Origin: an uncultured delta proteobacterium
GTDB taxonomy: Bacteria; Desulfobacterota; Binatia; Binatales; Binataceae
DNA length: 64,000 bases
Assembly: GCA_963842085.1 (NCBI GenBank)
Contig: CAWJET010000002.1
Span: 352,001 to 416,000, forward strand
Reading direction: 5' to 3'
Of the stretch, positions 12,036 through 21,234 are shown in pieces. Positions within the stretch are counted from its first letter, which is position 1; every line of letters starts with the position of its first letter. The translations under genes were made by a program, and so were the position numbers. The notes beneath the pieces are model-generated. The model saw nothing but the letters and a program-made list of their open reading frames with translations, searched no databases and had not been told where the DNA came from.

Positions 12036-13694
12036 TTAGGCGCGGCGGCGGGAGGTGCGGCTTTCGACGAGGCGGCGGGCGGCTTCGCCGATTGCGCCTG
12101 CGCGATGCCATCGCGAGTACTCTTCGACCGTCAGGCCGTGGGCCAGTTCCAGGGCGACCGACAGTCCCGCGAGCACGAAGACTTCGCCGAGAACGCTGAT
12201 GCGCGGTGCGAGCCCCAAGCCGCCGCCCTCGTTGCGGACCGGGACGTGGATGACGAGGTCGGCGAGCTGGGCGAGGCTCGAATCCTTGTTGCCGGTGATT
12301 GCGATCAGTTGCGCGCCCTGCTCGCGAATGGCGGTCGCGGTGGAGAGCAATTCGTCGGTGCTGCCGCTGTTGGAGATCGCGATTACGACGTCGCGCGGAT
12401 GCACCTGGCCGAGGCTGCCGTGCAGTGTTTCAGTCGCGTGCAGAAAAGTCGCGGGCGTGCCGACCGAGCAGAACACGCTCGCGGCGTAGCGGGCGACGTG
12501 CTCGGGCTTGCCGACTCCCGTCACGTGGACGCGCCCGCCGCGGCCAAGGGCGGTGCGGATAGTCTCGACGGCGCGCGAGATGGCGGCGATGTTCAAGCCG
12601 CCGCGCAGCGCGGCAAGCTCGGCGAGGGCGAGGTCGAAAAATTTTTCGACTTCGCTGGTCGAGTCGCCAATCGCGGCCTCGCGCGGCTCGGCGTCGAGCC
12701 GCGGCGTCGGCAGCGCGAGCGGTTCGGCATAAAGGTCGAGAATTTCCTCGCGCACTTCGAAGCCCGATGGGAACGCGCCCAGGCGCGTGACCGCGACCGC
12801 GCCGGCCGCATTTGCGAGCCGCCCGATCTTGTCCCACGGCATCCCGAGGCGAAGGCCGGCAAAGACGCCGGCGAGGAACGCGTCGCCTGCGCCGGTGGAG
12901 TCGACCTGCTTGACCTTGAAGGCGGGCACGCGAACGGAAGTGTCGCGGGCCGCGATCGAGCATCCCTTGTCGCCCTCGGTAATGATGACGGCGCGATTGC
13001 CGTAGCGGGCGCGAATCGCCTCCGCCATCTTCAGCGTGTCGCGGCCGTTGCCCGTGACGATTTGTCGAGCGGCTGCTTTCGAGGGCCTGAGCCAGGTCGC
13101 GAGTTTCAACGCGCGCTCGAGTTCGGCGCGCGTGCCGAGCGATCCGATAGCGTCGGAGGGCGGCACGTCAACGTCGAGAATCGTCGGGATGGAATGGGTG
13201 CGCGCGAAAAGCAGAATCGCGAGCACGGTGCGCAGCGGGAGCTGCGAAATTTCAGTCGAGACGAGGTTGGCGCGGCGGATGAACGCGCCGTGGCGGCTGC
13301 GGACCTCGGCGGGAGTGAGCTCGCCGGTCGCGCCGCGCGCCATGTAGATGGCGCGGTCGCCGGCGGCGTCGACGAAGATGGTCGCGAACGCGCTGGCGGT
13401 GCCGTCGAAGGTCAGGTGATGGCGGATGCCGAGGCGATCCATGCCGTCGCGGAGGAACTCGCCGTTGCGATCGTCGCCCATCTTGCCGAAGATGCCGGTC
13501 TTGAGGCCGAGGATTCGGCCCCATCCGAGATGGTTCAGGACGAGGCCGCCGACCTGGGTGCGTTCGATGGCGGCGCTGGCGGTATGCGGGCGGAGCAGGA
13601 TTTTTTCGTCGGCGCGGATAATCCGCGGCGTGCGGTAGAACAGGTCGACGACCATGCTGCCGCATCCGACGACGTCGAGTTTTTCTTCAGCCAT
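12036..13694 (-). CDS. PfkB-family sugar kinase fused to a KdsD/GutQ-like SIS isomerase domain
   Basis: GSMVVD start, VDSTGAGDAF PfkB signature; C-terminal VTGVGK, FLHATETLHGSLG, AISNSGSTDE, LAP; ATG at 13694 overlaps the upstream stop. Confidence 0.88.
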   Translation of the reverse strand: MAEEKLDVVGCGSMVVDLFYRTPRIIRADEKILLRPHTASAAIERTQVGGLVLNHLGWGRILGLKTGIFGKMGDDRNGEFLRDGMDRLGIRHHLTFDGTASAFATIFVDAAGDRAIYMARGATGELTPAEVRSRHGAFIRRANLVSTEISQLPLRTVLAILLFARTHSIPTILDVDVPPSDAIGSLGTRAELERALKLATWLRPSKAAARQIVTGNGRDTLKMAEAIRARYGNRAVIITEGDKGCSIAARDTSVRVPAFKVKQVDSTGAGDAFLAGVFAGLRLGMPWDKIGRLANAAGAVAVTRLGAFPSGFEVREEILDLYAEPLALPTPRLDAEPREAAIGDSTSEVEKFFDLALAELAALRGGLNIAAISRAVETIRTALGRGGRVHVTGVGKPEHVARYAASVFCSVGTPATFLHATETLHGSLGQVHPRDVVIAISNSGSTDELLSTATAIREQGAQLIAITGNKDSSLAQLADLVIHVPVRNEGGGLGLAPRISVLGEVFVLAGLSVALELAHGLTVEEYSRWHRAGAIGEAARRLVESRTSRRRA

Positions 13695-14829
13695 TGCGCC
13701 CCGCAGATTGTCGTTCCGCTGCCGGCGCGCGTCCGGCGGGCGAATCGTATTCGCTGACCCATCCGCGCTCAAGCATCTCGGCGTTGCGCTCGCGCAGCGC
13801 GGCGAACCGTGTAGAGAATTCGCGGCGCTCGAAGTCGCTCAGCGGCGGCGTGCCCGCCGCTACTGCGTCGCTGTCGATGACGCCGAGTTCCTTGAGCGAC
13901 GCCTTGAGCGTTGCGATGGTCGGCCGATAGGCCTTAGCACCGCGCTTGAACGTGCACGCGATGCGAAATTCCTCGATCGCGCCGGCGTACAAGCGCATCA
14001 ACTCGACGTCGCCCGAGCGGCAGACCTGCCATGCGCGCTGCCATTCGCGGGGCATCGCGTTGGCCGGCCCGGCGACGACGCCGTAGGGGCGCGTGCGCTG
14101 AGTGAGGTAGCGGTTCCAATAATGGCGCATGCGATCGCCGACGCCTTCAGGCGGGGCGAACAAGTCGAAGATGAGGTAGGCGTTGCCGGCGTAGATGGCG
14201 AATTCGTGGCCCGCCTTGAAGTGCGACGCGGCGCGCGTGTAGTTGCCGATGACGGTTTTGCTCGCAGTGACTTTTATTCCGCGCACGTACGGCAGCCGGG
14301 CCATCGCCTTGACGTCGCGCGTGTGCAGGTGCGGTGCCTTGCCGGGCGCGGCGATGTCGGCGTTGTCGTAGAGGAACAGCGGGAGCATGCGGCCCGCGCG
14401 GTTGAAGACGGCGCCGATATCGCGCTCGACGAATTCGGCGGGATGCTCGACGTCGTTAATCGAGAGCGGCGCGAGGACGGCCGCGTCGGCGCCGGCGTGG
14501 AGCGCGTGAGTGAGATTGTCGAGCGTGTCGGCGCGCGTGTGGGCGGTAATGCCGGCCCATGCTTCGATTTTTTTGGCGGCGGACGCGCGCGCGCGGCGGC
14601 ATTCCTCGATCGCGATGCGTGCGACCGCCTGGCGGCGCGGGTTGTCGATGCGATCCCATTCGCCGGTGGTGCCGGCCGCAAAGATGATGTCGGCGCCGGC
14701 TCCGTCCTGGAGCGCATAGCGAACGACGGCGCGCTGCTGGTCTTCGAGGATGCGGCCGCGAGCGTCGAGAATCGCGACGATCGGGACCGAAAGCCCCGGG
14801 CGCGGGATGTAGTCGTCGAGCGAATTCAC
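13687..14829 (-). CDS. DHDPS/N-acetylneuraminate-lyase family class I aldolase
   Basis: AAGTTGEW, LFLYDN (catalytic Tyr), RGIKVT (Schiff-base Lys); GTG at 14829. Confidence 0.82.
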   Translation of the reverse strand: MNSLDDYIPRPGLSVPIVAILDARGRILEDQQRAVVRYALQDGAGADIIFAAGTTGEWDRIDNPRRQAVARIAIEECRRARASAAKKIEAWAGITAHTRADTLDNLTHALHAGADAAVLAPLSINDVEHPAEFVERDIGAVFNRAGRMLPLFLYDNADIAAPGKAPHLHTRDVKAMARLPYVRGIKVTASKTVIGNYTRAASHFKAGHEFAIYAGNAYLIFDLFAPPEGVGDRMRHYWNRYLTQRTRPYGVVAGPANAMPREWQRAWQVCRSGDVELMRLYAGAIEEFRIACTFKRGAKAYRPTIATLKASLKELGVIDSDAVAAGTPPLSDFERREFSTRFAALRERNAEMLERGWVSEYDSPAGRAPAAERQSAGRNG

Positions 14830-14836
14830 GGCGGCG

Positions 14837-14845
14837 ATCCTAGCA
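14837..14845 (-). promoter_or_regulatory. Extended -10 promoter giving a leaderless transcript of the aldolase
   Basis: TGC-TAGGAT 7 nt before GTG 14829; no RBS. Confidence 0.55.
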
Positions 14846-15041
14846 GAAGCGGCGGAGGGCTGCTGCCCGCATGGTTCGCGGTACCGGCTGTTTGCCAAGC
14901 TGACAAACTGAGCTGGTGGTGAACATCACGCAATTGGTTTCCGTCGGCATGCGGCCAGCGAAAGTCGATAGAAACGCGCTCCGGCCGGGTTCCGCCGCGG
15001 GCGCGATTGTGACTGATCGAAAAGACCGAAACAGGAAAATC

Positions 15042-15099
15042 ATACCATATGTGGTGGTTTTGGGGCGGCACCCTACCATCGGTGGGTTCGTTCCGTCAA
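15042..15099 (-). promoter_or_regulatory. Tandem NrdR-like boxes overlapping a sigma70-type promoter
   Basis: ATACCATATGTGGTGG (15042-15057) and weaker CTACCATCGGTGGGTT (15073-15088), 31 bp apart; minus-strand TTGACG-18-TAGGGT. Confidence 0.5.
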
Positions 15100-15260
15100 A
15101 AAATATTCTTGTCGGAGCCGGGAGCCGCCCGATTTCTGGCGAGCGCGGCGCGTATGGAACATCATTACCCATACGGTATGCGTAGCATATAAGGTCCGAC
15201 CCGGTCAGGCTGAATAGTTCAGCCCTCCCCAAATAGGGTGCCGGTCTGGGCGCGGCGCGG

Positions 15261-15965
15261 CTAGCCGATGCCGAGGCCGAGATCGGTGATGAAGCTCCAA
15301 TGACGCTCGTCGAGCGAGGCGAAGTTCTCGAGCTTCAGCTTGATCGTCAGCTTGTAAGTACCGTCGTCGGAAAGGGCGCCGGTGGGAGGATTCTCGTACC
15401 AGATGCTCTTTTTGCAGACGTCGAGCATCATCTGATCGATTTTAGCCTTGCCGGAGTGCTGCTCGAGGATGAGTTCGGTGAGCTTGCCGCTTTTGTCCAT
15501 GATGGCGGTGATGACGACGGCTTTGAGTTCGGTGGGCAGCCTGGTTCGCGAGATTTCCTCGCTCCTCTCGGCGACAATGAGTCGCGCATATATGCGATCG
15601 AGAATTACGGCGGCAAAATTGCCGAACTTGGCCGCCTTCTCGTTCAGCAGCCGCACGGTGGCGGGATTTCGTTCGGTGCCGACTTCGCGCGAGATGCCGG
15701 GTTCGGCCTCGAAAGTGCGGGGCCCGGCCGAGACGTCGCCGGAATCGTGCAGCAGTCCTTCGCCGCGGGCGGGAACCGCATTGACGGCGGCCAACGAATC
15801 GACGGGGGCGTCGGAGACGGTTGACAAATCGCTCAGCAATTTCGGCTGCGGGCCGGCGCCGGGGGCAGCGGGCGGCGGCTGGTCATTGGCCGCGCATCCG
15901 GCGGCGAGAATTGCGACGGCCAGGAGCAGTGCCGTGAAAAACCGTTTCCGCGGTGGGTATCTCAT
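15261..15965 (-). CDS. Lipoprotein with a TonB/TolA C-terminal-like domain
   Basis: Signal peptide with lipobox LAAGC; DKSGKL..SGKAKIDQ..NPP pattern. Confidence 0.7.
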   Translation of the reverse strand: MRYPPRKRFFTALLLAVAILAAGCAANDQPPPAAPGAGPQPKLLSDLSTVSDAPVDSLAAVNAVPARGEGLLHDSGDVSAGPRTFEAEPGISREVGTERNPATVRLLNEKAAKFGNFAAVILDRIYARLIVAERSEEISRTRLPTELKAVVITAIMDKSGKLTELILEQHSGKAKIDQMMLDVCKKSIWYENPPTGALSDDGTYKLTIKLKLENFASLDERHWSFITDLGLGIG

Positions 15966-17569
15966 TTGGATTTATCCCGCTGACGATCCTTAGCTGAATC
16001 CAAAGCGATGATCGCCGGACGCGCATCATTGTAGTCGGCGACGAAAGCGTCGAAAAGTTCCTCGCCGAATGCGCGCTCCTCGGCGCGAACCTTGTCGTTG
16101 TGTTCCTGCGCGATCGCGTCGCCGATGCGCGCGAGCAGCTCGAGCGTGGGCGAGTAATTCAACCGGGCCGTCACACCGCCGGCGAATTCGTAAGTGCCGT
16201 TGGGCAGCTGGCGCGAGCTGAGCTTTGCGTTCATGCCGCCATTGCCGGTCGCCAGCACGCGCAGAAACTCGCCCGCAATCAGGTCCAGCATCTGATGTAC
16301 TCCGGGCGGCGCGATGAGTTGCGGGACCGCGTCCATCCGGTTGACGAACGTGACGGTGCCGGAATCGCGGCGGTAGTCAGTGGCGAAACCCACGTTGGCC
16401 AGGCCGAAATTCATCTTGAGACTGGTGATATGCCCCGAGGCGAGAGTGCGGTAGCTGCCGTGCGAGATTTCATTGAGCGCGATGCTGTCGCCCGCAGGTT
16501 GCATCGCGGAGTTGAAAGGGGTGAGCAGGCCGTTGCGCAGCATGATGATGAAGTGGATGTGGCCGCGGTCGAACGCCTCGCGCATCCAGTAATTTCCGTG
16601 CGAATCGAGAATCTCGGAGGTCGCCGTCACGGCGGGCACGAGCTTGCGGTAGAAGTCGTAGAGCAGCGGATATTTTTTGAGCGCGTCCTGGCGAACCTCC
16701 GCATCGACATTGAACAGCACGATTGGACCCGCACTCGAGGAGAATTCGTCGAGCAGGTTGTTGAATTTGAAATAGTGATCGAACTTCGCCGCCAGATGCG
16801 GCATCTGGCGATGGAACCGGTCGAGCGCGGCGCGGTCATGATGGTTGAACGCGCCGGGCGCGGAATCCCACGGCGGTTTCAGATCGCCGTGAACCTCGCG
16901 CAACGCTTCGGATGACGCGTCGACCAGCGCGCCGATGCCGTAGGTGTCGATCAACAACTCGCCCGCGAGCGTGCCGGTCACGCTGGAAATGTTGTCGGGA
17001 GTCGAACCGGGCGCGGGCTTCAGGCCGAAGACGCCCGAGAAACGGTCAGGCTCCTCGGGACTGCGCCACTCTTTGACGAGCGTGTACAAATAGTCGGCGT
17101 CGTCGGGCCGTCCCGTGACGCAAATCTCGTGCGTGCCGTCGGGCTGATCGTGCCACGGGATTTCAGGCTTCGAGTAGAGAGCGGCGGCGCGGATCATTGT
17201 CGATTGGCGCGGCGGAAGCTGATCGACGACATCCTGGAGCGAGGGGCCGAGCTTGGGATGGAACGAGATCTTGCGCTGGAAGTCGAGCTGGCGATCGAGG
17301 ATGGCGATCGCACGCGACGCGCGTGCGGGACCGGGCGGTGCGAGATAGATGATTGGCGCGAAGAGGGTTTGACTGTCGGGCGCGAAGCCCTCGCCGGCGG
17401 GAACTTTGGGAGAGGTCAACGCCGGCGGAGGCTTGGCAGGTTGAGAGTTTCGAGCTGGTGCCGGCGCAGAGCCGGACGCGACGGAGGTGGCAATCGCGCA
17501 GATCGTGATTAAAATTGCTGCGAACAAGGTGGCGATAGCGATCCGAAAAGCCCGAAACGGCGGTTGCAG
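15962..17569 (-). CDS. Exported hypothetical protein (start uncertain; the ORF extension to 18031 is a shadow of rpmE)
   Basis: Hydrophobic N-terminal segment, Pro-rich linker, GC3-rich codons, 4-bp overlap with the next gene. Confidence 0.7.
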   Translation of the reverse strand: MQPPFRAFRIAIATLFAAILITICAIATSVASGSAPAPARNSQPAKPPPALTSPKVPAGEGFAPDSQTLFAPIIYLAPPGPARASRAIAILDRQLDFQRKISFHPKLGPSLQDVVDQLPPRQSTMIRAAALYSKPEIPWHDQPDGTHEICVTGRPDDADYLYTLVKEWRSPEEPDRFSGVFGLKPAPGSTPDNISSVTGTLAGELLIDTYGIGALVDASSEALREVHGDLKPPWDSAPGAFNHHDRAALDRFHRQMPHLAAKFDHYFKFNNLLDEFSSSAGPIVLFNVDAEVRQDALKKYPLLYDFYRKLVPAVTATSEILDSHGNYWMREAFDRGHIHFIIMLRNGLLTPFNSAMQPAGDSIALNEISHGSYRTLASGHITSLKMNFGLANVGFATDYRRDSGTVTFVNRMDAVPQLIAPPGVHQMLDLIAGEFLRVLATGNGGMNAKLSSRQLPNGTYEFAGGVTARLNYSPTLELLARIGDAIAQEHNDKVRAEERAFGEELFDAFVADYNDARPAIIALDSAKDRQRDKSK

Positions 17570-17641
17570 CGGGCGAATTGTGCGAGATACCTTGCGATGG
17601 TATCCTGCAACGCAATAGGCAAAAGAGTTCGAGAAGTAAAA

Positions 17642-17881
17642 ATGAAACTTGGAATCCATCCCGAATACCGTCGCTGCACCGTTATCTGCGCGTGCGGCAA
17701 CACCTTCGAAACGCGCTCGACGCTCAAGGAGCTTCACGTCGAGGTCTGCTCGAAATGCCATCCTTTTTACACTGGCACGCAACGCCTGGTCGATACCGCG
17801 GGGCGGGTCGAGCGGTTCAATCGCAAGTACGGCATCAAGAAGCCGGCGGAAAAGACGGCGGAAACCGCCGCCGAGAAGTAG
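17642..17881 (+). CDS. rpmE: 50S ribosomal protein L31 (Zn-binding type)
   Basis: [29 protein letters not shown]. Confidence 0.97.
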   Translation: MKLGIHPEYRRCTVICACGNTFETRSTLKELHVEVCSKCHPFYTGTQRLVDTAGRVERFNRKYGIKKPAEKTAETAAEK

Positions 17882-17941
17882 CATAGCAACTCCCGCCGCC
17901 TGCGGTGCTCGATGCACCCGGGTGCGCGGGGGAGAATCGAT

Positions 17942-17971
17942 CGGCACGGCCATCGCGGCCGCGCCGTTTTT
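17942..17971 (+). terminator. Probable intrinsic terminator after rpmE
   Basis: CGGCACGGCC-atcgc-GGCCGCGCCG followed by TTTTT. Confidence 0.5.
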
Positions 17972-18009
17972 GTTTCCGGGCGAATTTTCGGAGCCGTGCA
18001 CGAAGGGCG

Positions 18010-19071
18010 ATGCTGGATAAGGCAAGTGCAATAGAAGAGCGGGTCGCGGAACTCGAGCGCAAGCTCAGCGATCCGGCCACGCTCGGCAATCAGCGCGAAT
18101 ATGCGCGGCTCGCCAAGGAGCGCTCGCAGCTGTCCGAAGCGGCGCATTGCGCGCGCGAATATATACGCGTTGCGGACGAGATCGCGGGGCACAAGGCGAT
18201 ACTCGACGGCGACGACGCCGAGCTGCGCGAACTTGCCAAGGCCGAGATGCCGGCGCTGCAGAAAAATCTCGCCGCGCTCGAAGACAAGCTCAAGGAACTG
18301 CTGACGCCGCGCGATCCCAACGACGAGAAGAACGTGATTCTCGAAATCCGCGCCGGCACCGGCGGCGAAGAGGCGTCGCTGTTTGCCGGCGACCTGTACC
18401 GGATGTACACGCGCTACGCCGAGCGGCATGGATTCAAGATCGAGGCGCTCAGCCTGAGCGAGACCGGGCTTGGCGGAATCAAGGAAGTTATCGCGCTCGT
18501 CAGCGGCCGCGGGGCATACTCGCGGCTCAAGTACGAAGGCGGGGTGCATCGCGTGCAGCGGGTGCCCGAGACCGAAGGGTCGGGGCGCATCCACACCTCG
18601 GCCGTCACGGTGGCGGTGATGCCGGAAGCCGACGACGTCGAAGTCAACATCAACGAGGCCAAGGACCTCCGGATCGATGTAATGCGCGCGTCGGGACCGG
18701 GCGGGCAGAGCGTCAACACGACGGACTCGGCGGTGCGAATCACGCATATTCCGAGCGGGATGGTGATAATCTGCCGCGACGAAAAATCGCAGCACAAGAA
18801 CAAGGCGCGCGCGCTGAAGATCCTCCGCGCGCGGCTGCTGGAGCAGGCGCAGGCCGAGCAGCAGGCGAAAATCGCGCAGACGCGGCGCTCGATGGTCGGG
18901 ACGGGTGACCGCTCGGAGCGCATCCGCACCTACAATTTTCCGCAATCGCGGGTGACCGACCATCGCGTCAACCTGACGATTCATCAGCTCGACAGTTTTC
19001 TCGACGGCGATATCGATCCGATCATCAACGCGCTGGCGGCCTACGACCAGGAGCAGGCGCTCAGCGCGTGA
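18010..19071 (+). CDS. prfA: Peptide chain release factor 1
   Basis: AGTGGEEA, RVPETE (PxT motif of RF1), GGQ, RTYNFPQ. Confidence 0.97.
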   Translation: MLDKASAIEERVAELERKLSDPATLGNQREYARLAKERSQLSEAAHCAREYIRVADEIAGHKAILDGDDAELRELAKAEMPALQKNLAALEDKLKELLTPRDPNDEKNVILEIRAGTGGEEASLFAGDLYRMYTRYAERHGFKIEALSLSETGLGGIKEVIALVSGRGAYSRLKYEGGVHRVQRVPETEGSGRIHTSAVTVAVMPEADDVEVNINEAKDLRIDVMRASGPGGQSVNTTDSAVRITHIPSGMVIICRDEKSQHKNKARALKILRARLLEQAQAEQQAKIAQTRRSMVGTGDRSERIRTYNFPQSRVTDHRVNLTIHQLDSFLDGDIDPIINALAAYDQEQALSA

Positions 19072-19099
19072 GCGCGGTCATGAAGCGCGTAGCACGGTT

Positions 19100-19975
19100 A
19101 TGAGAGAAGTGCTCGCGCGGCGCGCGTTGGAGGCGATCGACAAGGCGTCGCGCCGGCTCGCCGACGCCGGCATCGAATCGTCGCGGCTGGACGCGGAGCT
19201 CCTGATGGCGGCGGCGGCGGGGGTCACGCGCGAAGCGGCTGTCACGGGTTCGATCGATCTCTCACCCACCGCGCTGAACGACTTCGACGCGCTGATCGCG
19301 CGGCGCGAAAAACGCGAACCGGTCGCGTACATCGTCGGTCACAAGGAATTCTATTCGCTCGATTTCGAGGTGAGTCCGGCGGTACTGATTCCGCGGCCGG
19401 AGAGCGAGCTCGTCGTTGCCGCGGCGCTCGAGTTTATCGCGCGGCGGCCGGCGGCGCGCGTACTCGACATCGGCACCGGTTCCGGCGCGATTGCGATCGC
19501 GATTGCGGTCAACGCGCCGCACACTCGGGTGACCGGCGTGGACATTTCCGCCGCCGCGATTGCGGTGGCGTCGCGCAACGCCCGTCGTCATCGAATCGAG
19601 GAGCGAGTCACGCTGCGGCGCGCCGACTGCTTTGAGGTTCTGGATGGAGGACCGGCGCTTGGAATTTTTGAAGTGATAGCCTCCAACCCGCCTTATCTGG
19701 ATGATGCAGAGATCGCCGCGCTGGAGCCCGAGGTGCGTGCGTACGAGCCGCGCGCCGCGATGAGCGCCGGAGCGGGAGGGCTCGATATCCTGCGCAGGAT
19801 TGCGGCGGGGGCGGCGCAGCATCTCGAGCGCAACGGCGAGCTGATGGTGGAAGTGGCGGCGGGACAGGCGGCGGCGGTCGCGAAACTTGTGGAGGAGACG
19901 GGCTTGCAGGTTGTCACTGTGATAAACGATTTCGCGGGGCATCCGCGCGTCGTGTGCGCGCGAAGAAGCGGGTAG
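19100..19975 (+). CDS. prmC: Release factor glutamine methyltransferase
   Basis: REPVAYI, VLIPRPE, LDIGTGSG, SNPPY; follows prfA. Confidence 0.95.
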   Translation: MREVLARRALEAIDKASRRLADAGIESSRLDAELLMAAAAGVTREAAVTGSIDLSPTALNDFDALIARREKREPVAYIVGHKEFYSLDFEVSPAVLIPRPESELVVAAALEFIARRPAARVLDIGTGSGAIAIAIAVNAPHTRVTGVDISAAAIAVASRNARRHRIEERVTLRRADCFEVLDGGPALGIFEVIASNPPYLDDAEIAALEPEVRAYEPRAAMSAGAGGLDILRRIAAGAAQHLERNGELMVEVAAGQAAAVAKLVEETGLQVVTVINDFAGHPRVVCARRSG

Positions 19976-19977
19976 CG

Positions 19978-21234
19978 ATGGAAAAAATGATAATTCATGG
20001 CGGGACTCCGCTGCGCGGCACCGTCACGCTCAGCGGCAGCAAGAACGCCGCGCTACCGATCATGATGGCGTCGCTGCTGACGCCGGAGCCGCTGCGACTC
20101 AGCAACGTGCCGCGCCTTCGCGACGTGAAAACCGCGATGGATTTGCTCACCCAGCTCGGGGTGCACGCGCGCTGGACCGACGAGCATTGCGTCGAGCTGC
20201 GCGCCGCCAACGTTACCTCGCACGAGGCGTCGTACGAACTGGTCAAGACCATGCGCGCATCGTTCGTCGTGCTCGGGCCGCTGCTGGCGCGGACGGGTCG
20301 CGCCCGCGTCTCGACTCCGGGAGGATGCGCGATCGGCGCGCGCCCGGTGAATCTGCATATCGCGGGGATTCGCGCGCTCGGCAGCAAGATCCAGTTTCGT
20401 CACGGTTACGTCGAAGCGCATGCCGAGAAATTGACCGGCGGGCGGATCTGGCTCGATTCTCCATCAGTCGGAGCAACCGAGAACATTCTGATGGCGGCGG
20501 CGACGGCGCGTGGACGTACCGTGATCGAAAACGCCGCACGCGAGCCCGAGGTGCAGGACTTGGCGCGAGTGCTGGTCAAGATGGGCGCGAAGATCAACGG
20601 CGCCGGCACGCACGTGCTGGAAATCGAGGGCGTCGAGCGGCTGCATGGCGCGGAGCACGAAGTGATACCCGACCGAATCGAGGCTGGGTCCATGATGGCG
20701 GCGGCGGCGATCACCGGCGGCGACATTACGATTACGAACGCGCCGATGGAGCATCTCGACGCGGTTGCGGCCAAGCTGCGCGAGTCGGGTGTCGTGGTCG
20801 AGGCTAACGGCAAGGGCATCCGCGTCGCGCGCGCCAACGGACTCAGGTCGGTCGAGCTGCGCACGCTGCCGTACCCGGGGTTTCCGACCGACCTGCAGGC
20901 GCAGATGATGGCGATGCTGACGCAGGCCGACGGCACCTCGGTCATCACCGAGACGATATTCGAAAACCGGTTCATGCATGCGCAGGAACTGGCGCGGATG
21001 GGCGCCGACATCCTGATGAAGGGTCCCACCGCCGTGGTGCGCGGGCCGTCGAAGCTGTGCGGCGCGCCGGTGATGGCGACCGACCTGCGCGCCAGCATGG
21101 GCTTGATAATCGCCGGCCTTGCCGCCGAAAACACGACCGAGCTCAGCCGCATCTACCATCTGGATCGCGGCTACGAGGCGCTCGACGCGAAGCTGTCGGG
21201 TCTCGGCGCGCGAATCGAGCGCGCGCAAGAATAA
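19978..21234 (+). CDS. murA: UDP-N-acetylglucosamine 1-carboxyvinyltransferase
   Basis: SGSKNAALP, MRAS, PGGCAIGARP, GFPTDLQ, IFENRF, DLRA. Confidence 0.98.
   Translation: MEKMIIHGGTPLRGTVTLSGSKNAALPIMMASLLTPEPLRLSNVPRLRDVKTAMDLLTQLGVHARWTDEHCVELRAANVTSHEASYELVKTMRASFVVLGPLLARTGRARVSTPGGCAIGARPVNLHIAGIRALGSKIQFRHGYVEAHAEKLTGGRIWLDSPSVGATENILMAAATARGRTVIENAAREPEVQDLARVLVKMGAKINGAGTHVLEIEGVERLHGAEHEVIPDRIEAGSMMAAAAITGGDITITNAPMEHLDAVAAKLRESGVVVEANGKGIRVARANGLRSVELRTLPYPGFPTDLQAQMMAMLTQADGTSVITETIFENRFMHAQELARMGADILMKGPTAVVRGPSKLCGAPVMATDLRASMGLIIAGLAAENTTELSRIYHLDRGYEALDAKLSGLGARIERAQE

Noticed and set aside
15192-15230. SRP RNA-like CCCGGTCAGG..CAGCC
   Set aside because: Lacks the conserved GGAA tetraloop / GGAAGCAG segment
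17570-18031. N-terminal extension of the 689-aa minus-strand ORF
   Set aside because: It is the antisense of rpmE and the start of prfA
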